From: Dehalococcoidia bacterium
GTDB lineage: Bacteria > Chloroflexota > Dehalococcoidia > UBA2979
Assembly: GCA_965262725.1 (NCBI GenBank)
Contig: OZ253555.1
Coordinates: forward strand, 2,560,001 to 2,624,000
Length of the DNA stretch: 64,000 bases
Reading direction: 5' to 3'
Position numbers and translations under genes: made by a program. A model generated the notes under the pieces. That model did no database searches. It had not been told where the DNA came from and saw only the letters and a list, made by a program, of their open reading frames with translations. How positions within the stretch are numbered: the stretch's first letter is position 1; every line of letters starts with the position of its first letter. Shown piece after piece: positions 59,499 to 64,000 of this stretch.

Positions 59499-62012
59499 AT
59501 GTGGTCACGCGGTAGCAGGAGGCGGCGCCTCGCGAGCGTGCAGGAGATCCTGCCGCTGGAGGAGATCGCGGGCGACGTCGTGTGCCTGCGCGGCGGCGAC
59601 TACCGCTGCGTGCTCGAGGCCCAGGGCGTCCACTTCGCGCTGAAGTCGGAGCCGGAGCAGGAGGCGATCCTCGCCGGGTACCGGCGATTCCTGAACGGAC
59701 TCACCTACCCGCTGCAGGTGCTGGTGCGCCTGGTCCCGGCCGACATCGAGGGCTACCTCGCCGGTCTCGGGGGCGCCCGCGCGGGCACGGAGACGCTGCG
59801 GCGGCTCGCGCTCGACCACGAGGCCTTCGTACGGCGCATCGCCCGCGAGCGGACGCTGCTCGACCGCCGCTTCTTCGTCGTCCTGCCGGCGGAAGTGGAC
59901 GCAGCACCCGGGCGGGCCGCGCCGGGCTGGCCGGGCCTGGGCCGGCTGTTGCGACCCGGCACGCAGTCCCCGCGGCAACAGAGCGACCTCGCCCGGGCGC
60001 GCCGCACGCTCTCCTTCCGCTGCGGCGAGGTGGCGCAGGGCCTCGGCTCATTCGGGGTGCGCACGCGGCGGCTCGACGCGGGCGAGCTGGCGGCGCCGCG
60101 AGCGTCAGCGGCTACGAGCCGCCGGTCGCCACGCCCGTCGTCACATCGCCCGCCGCCTTCTCCGGGCGCCGGCAGGAGGCCTCCCGTGCCTAGCCCCGCG
60201 GCACTCCTTCGGCGTCGGGATCGCGGCGCAGGCAGCGCGGTCGGGGCGCGGCGCTTCGCCGCGGGCGAGCGCTCCACCGCCGACCTGATCGCGCCCTCAG
60301 CGATCGAGGAGACGCGAGACCACCTCGCCATCGACGGGCAGCTCACGCGGGTGCTGGCGCTCACCGGCTACCCGCGCCACGTAAGCCCGAACTGGCTCGG
60401 GCGGCTCATCGACCAGGGCGAGCCGCTCGACCTGAGCCTGCACCTCGAGCCGCTGGACTCGGGGGAGGCGGTACGCGGCCTGACACACCGTCTGGTCGAG
60501 CTCCAGTCATCGCGCCTGCTCGACGCCAGGGGCGGGCGCATCGCCTCCGCCGAGCGCGAGGTCGCCTACGAGGATGCCGAGCGGCTGCGCGACGCGCTGG
60601 AGCGCGGCGACGAGCGCGTCTTCTCGGGGGGCCTCTACCTCAGGATGCACGGTCGCTCGGGCCCGGAGCTCGACCGGGCCGCGGCGCGCGTCGAGGGGAC
60701 GCTCGGCGGGATGATGGCCACGGCGCGGCCGGCGCTCTACGAGATGATGCCGGGGCTGCTCTCGTGCCTCCCGGCCGGTCAGGACCACCTGGGGCGCCGC
60801 CGCAACCTCGACACCTCGAGCGTGGCGACGATGATCCCCTTCACGTCGAGCGCGCTCGCCACCGGCCGCGGGCTGCTCTACGGCGAGAGCGTCCACAACA
60901 GCTCGCTGGTGGTCTTCGACCCCTTCGGTGCGGACCAGGAGAACGCCAACAAGGTCGTCTTCGCCAAGAGCGGGGCCGGCAAGTCGTACGCCTGCAAGGT
61001 CGAGGCGCTGCGGGCGCTGCTGCTCGGCGTCGAGTACTACGTGATCGACCCCGAGGATGAGTACGGCCGGATCTGCGAGGCGGTCGGTGGGCAGATGGTC
61101 CGCCTCTCCGGAGGCTCGCCCGTCCGCATCAACCCCTTCGACCTGCCGCCGGGCGGGCCGGAGCCGGCCGGAGCGGATCCCGATGCGCGCGACCCGCTCG
61201 CGGAGCGCGTGCTGGCGCTGCAGGGTCTGCTCGCGCTGATGCTGGCAGGGCCCGGCCAATCGCTCGGCCAGCACGAGCGGGGTGTGCTCGACCGGGCGCT
61301 CTACGAGAGCTACCGGCGGGCCGGGATCACCGCCGACCCGGCGACGCACGACCGCCCCGCGCCGGTGCTGCGCGACCTGGTCGAGGTGCTGCAGGACGCC
61401 GGCGATGAGCACCGGCTCGCGGGGCGCCTGGAGCGCTACGTCTCGGGCAGCCTCGGCCGCGTCTTCTCGGAGCGCACCACGGCCGAGCTCGACCGCCCCT
61501 TCGTGGTCTTCAACGTGGAGGGCCTGGAGGAGGAGCTGCGCCCACTCGCCACTTACGTGATCGCCGATCACATCTGGGCGCGGGTGAAGCGCGACCCGAA
61601 GCCGCGCGTGCTCCTGATCGACGAGGCGTGGTCCCTGATGCGCTACCCCGAGGGGGCGCGCTTCCTCGCGCAGCTCGCGCGCCGGGCGCGCAAGCGCTGG
61701 CTCGGCCTCACCACGGTCACGCAGGACGTGGAGGACTTCCTGGCCTCGCCCGAGGGTCACACCGTGCTCGCCAACAGCTCGGTGCAGCTCCTCATGCGGC
61801 AGGACAGCTCCACGGCCGGGCTCGTCGCCGAGACCTTCGGGCTCTCGGCCGCGGAGCGGGAGTTCCTGCTCGCCTGCCGCAGGGGCGAGGGGCTCTTCCT
61901 CGCCCGCGGCAACCACATCGCGCTGCGCGTCGAGGCGAGCCCGCTCGAGCACGCCCTCGCCACCACAGACCCCGCGGAACGCGCGACGGACAGGACGGAG
62001 GTTGAGCCATGA
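59499..62012 (+). CDS. virB4: VirB4-like conjugative ATPase (probable own start GTG 60186), in frame with an upstream TraC-N/TrsD-like gene
   Basis: AKSGAGKS, VIDPEDEY, INPFD, IDEAW and RRARK...TQ motifs; internal AGGAGG RBS at ~60175. Confidence 0.85.
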   Translation: MWSRGSRRRRLASVQEILPLEEIAGDVVCLRGGDYRCVLEAQGVHFALKSEPEQEAILAGYRRFLNGLTYPLQVLVRLVPADIEGYLAGLGGARAGTETLRRLALDHEAFVRRIARERTLLDRRFFVVLPAEVDAAPGRAAPGWPGLGRLLRPGTQSPRQQSDLARARRTLSFRCGEVAQGLGSFGVRTRRLDAGELAAPRASAATSRRSPRPSSHRPPPSPGAGRRPPVPSPAALLRRRDRGAGSAVGARRFAAGERSTADLIAPSAIEETRDHLAIDGQLTRVLALTGYPRHVSPNWLGRLIDQGEPLDLSLHLEPLDSGEAVRGLTHRLVELQSSRLLDARGGRIASAEREVAYEDAERLRDALERGDERVFSGGLYLRMHGRSGPELDRAAARVEGTLGGMMATARPALYEMMPGLLSCLPAGQDHLGRRRNLDTSSVATMIPFTSSALATGRGLLYGESVHNSSLVVFDPFGADQENANKVVFAKSGAGKSYACKVEALRALLLGVEYYVIDPEDEYGRICEAVGGQMVRLSGGSPVRINPFDLPPGGPEPAGADPDARDPLAERVLALQGLLALMLAGPGQSLGQHERGVLDRALYESYRRAGITADPATHDRPAPVLRDLVEVLQDAGDEHRLAGRLERYVSGSLGRVFSERTTAELDRPFVVFNVEGLEEELRPLATYVIADHIWARVKRDPKPRVLLIDEAWSLMRYPEGARFLAQLARRARKRWLGLTTVTQDVEDFLASPEGHTVLANSSVQLLMRQDSSTAGLVAETFGLSAAEREFLLACRRGEGLFLARGNHIALRVEASPLEHALATTDPAERATDRTEVEP

Positions 62013-63097
62013 GTCACATCGACATCGAGCAGCTGAAGCGCCGCAACCCGATCACCGAGGTCGTACGGCGCCACGGGATCGAGCTGCGCGGGCAGGGGAA
62101 GCGGATGACGGGGCGCTGCCCGTTCCACGAGGACCGCACCCCGAGCTTCTGCGTCTATCCCGAGACGGAGTCCTTTCACTGCTTCGGCTGCGGCACCGCA
62201 GGCGACGTGATCGACTTCATCCGCCGCACCGAGGGCCTGGGCTTCCGCGAGGCCGTTCTGCGGCTCGGAGGCGGAGCCGTTGGCGGCGGTTCCGATGGCA
62301 GTTCGATCGGGACCGCCGCCGCCGCACCCCCGCCCCCGCCGCGGGCCCGCCCGTCGCAAGAGACCGACCAGGCCCCGGTGCTGTCGCTCGACGACCGGCT
62401 GATCCTCACGGCGGCCTGCGAGCTCTACCACGAGACGCTGCTCGACACGCCCGGGGCGCTCCGCTACCTCGATGAGCGCGGGGTTCAGCCCTGGCTTGCG
62501 AAGCGCTGCCGGCTCGGCACGAGCGACGGCCTGAGGCTCGTGCCCTACCTGAAGCGGCGCCGGCTCAGCCTGAAGCGCGCCGGGGAGCTCGGCCTGCTGT
62601 TCGCCTCCGGCGACGAGGCGATGGCCGGCCGCCTCGTGATCCCGGAGCTGCGAGGCGCACACTGCGGCTGGATGGTCGGCCGCACGCCGGAGGGCGGCGG
62701 CGGTCCGAAGTACCGCGGGCTCTCGCTCCCGAAGCCGTTGCTCGGCTACGAGCGCGGCAGGCGGCGCCTCTTCCTCACCGAGGGGCCGTTCGACTGGCTG
62801 ACGCTCACGGGCTGGGGGCTGCCGGCCTGCGCGCTGCTCGGGACGCAACCCGGCCGGGGCGTGCTGCGGTTGCTCGAACGCGCTCGCTCGGTCGTGCTCG
62901 TGATGGACAACGACGAGGCAGGCAGAGGCGCCGCGCAGCGGCTCTCCGCCGAGCTCGGAGGGCGCGCGCGGGTGCTCGAGCTGCCCGCGGGCGTCAAGGA
63001 CGTGAGCGAGCTCGGCGCGCGTCCCGGCGGCCGCGACACCTTCTTCCGGCTGCTGGGCGCGGAGAGGAGGCACGCGGATGTCGCGAGCGCGCATTGA
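62009..63097 (+). CDS. DNA primase-like protein (CHC2 zinc finger + TOPRIM)
   Basis: CPFHEDRTPSF...FHCFGCG..GDVIDF; LTEGPFD and DNDEAG motifs. Confidence 0.88.
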   Translation: MSHIDIEQLKRRNPITEVVRRHGIELRGQGKRMTGRCPFHEDRTPSFCVYPETESFHCFGCGTAGDVIDFIRRTEGLGFREAVLRLGGGAVGGGSDGSSIGTAAAAPPPPPRARPSQETDQAPVLSLDDRLILTAACELYHETLLDTPGALRYLDERGVQPWLAKRCRLGTSDGLRLVPYLKRRRLSLKRAGELGLLFASGDEAMAGRLVIPELRGAHCGWMVGRTPEGGGGPKYRGLSLPKPLLGYERGRRRLFLTEGPFDWLTLTGWGLPACALLGTQPGRGVLRLLERARSVVLVMDNDEAGRGAAQRLSAELGGRARVLELPAGVKDVSELGARPGGRDTFFRLLGAERRHADVASAH

Positions 63098-64000
63098 GAC
63101 CACCCATCTCGCCGAGGTCGTCGCGCCCCGGGATCTGGAGGCGAGCATCGCCTCGGCGCGCGGGATGTTCGGCGCGCTGGCCGGCGAGTCGATCTCGCTC
63201 GAGATCGCGACGGGCGCGGCCGGCCCGCGCTGGTACGTGCGCTCCGGCACCGAGGCGGGCCTCGATCGCGCGCTCGCGCAGCTGCGCGCGGCCTACCCGC
63301 AGGTGCGGGCCGAGCGCATCGCGCCGGACCGCGCCGACCTCGACCCGGTCCGCGTGCTGGGGGCGGAGCAGGCCGCCGTCGTCGAGCTGCGGCCGTCCAC
63401 CGGGGACATCCTCTCGCTCCGCAGCGACTGGCGGAACGAGCCCTCACCGCTCGTGGGCGTGCTGGCCCGGGCGGCACCGCGGGGCGACGAGCGGGTCGTC
63501 TGCCGGCTGACGCTCGGACCCGCGCCGGCCGGGGCGGCCGGCCGCCTCCACCGCCGCGCGGCGCCCGACGGCGCGCCGCGGCGCGAACCTGCCGGACACG
63601 CGGGGCCGAGCCCGGTCCCGCTCGTCGGGGCGCTCGCGATCGCCGCGGCCGGCCTGCAGGGACGGGAGTGGTACCTCGATGGGGAGTGGCCGCTGCTGGT
63701 CGCGGGCGGTGCCTGCGTCTTCGTCGGCCTGCCGCTCGCCGGGGCGCTCGCCGTCCGCATGCTGCGCTCCCCCGACCCGCTGCCGCCGAGGGTGGTGGAC
63801 CAGAAGCTCGGCTCGCCGCTGGTGAGCGCGAGCCTCGAGGTCCACGCGATCGGCTGGCATGACTCGGGCCCCGAGCGCCTGCGCCTGCTCGCGCGTGAGA
63901 CTGCGGCGGCCTACGGCGTGTACGACTCAGCGGGCGGGGGCTTGCGACCCGCGGCCCCGCGCGCGCCTCGCCGCAGGCCGGACCGGAAGCTGCCGCTGCT
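63078..64000 (+). CDS. Probable type IV coupling protein (VirD4/TraD-like), N-terminal part; partial at window edge
   Basis: AGGAGG RBS, ATG 63078; reads MSRARIETTH...SLEIA...WYVR...QLRAAYP, then TM segments; ATPase motifs not reached. Confidence 0.55.
   Translation, partial: MSRARIETTHLAEVVAPRDLEASIASARGMFGALAGESISLEIATGAAGPRWYVRSGTEAGLDRALAQLRAAYPQVRAERIAPDRADLDPVRVLGAEQAAVVELRPSTGDILSLRSDWRNEPSPLVGVLARAAPRGDERVVCRLTLGPAPAGAAGRLHRRAAPDGAPRREPAGHAGPSPVPLVGALAIAAAGLQGREWYLDGEWPLLVAGGACVFVGLPLAGALAVRMLRSPDPLPPRVVDQKLGSPLVSASLEVHAIGWHDSGPERLRLLARETAAAYGVYDSAGGGLRPAAPRAPRRRPDRKLPL

Overview
High-GC bacterial accessory region, apparently part of a decaying integrative/conjugative island; there are no core genes. 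The secreted-protein and conjugation gene types suggest Chloroflexota or Actinomycetota, but that is inference. It has four layers. (1) An anti-phage defence cluster: a Gabija-like OLD nuclease/UvrD pair whose ATPase motifs are degenerate, an unknown protein paired with a DUF4041-GIY-YIG (SNIPE-like) nuclease, a DUF6361/PLD/helicase (Azaca-like) operon, a HEPN-like protein, a SIR2-STAND protein, an MmeI-like type IIG/IIL enzyme and type I R-M relics. (2) Deeply nested mobile DNA: IS21 (two types), IS5 (two types), IS1380, IS630-derived MITEs, a 71-bp perfect palindrome and three group II introns, including an ORF-less intron sitting inside the RT gene of its close relative (a twintron). (3) A tyrosine integrase with several tRNA-Arg 3'-end att relics and a ~520-bp direct repeat. 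(4) The start of a Gram-positive-type conjugation (T4SS) operon that runs off the right edge. Several frameshifts could be real decay or assembly indels.
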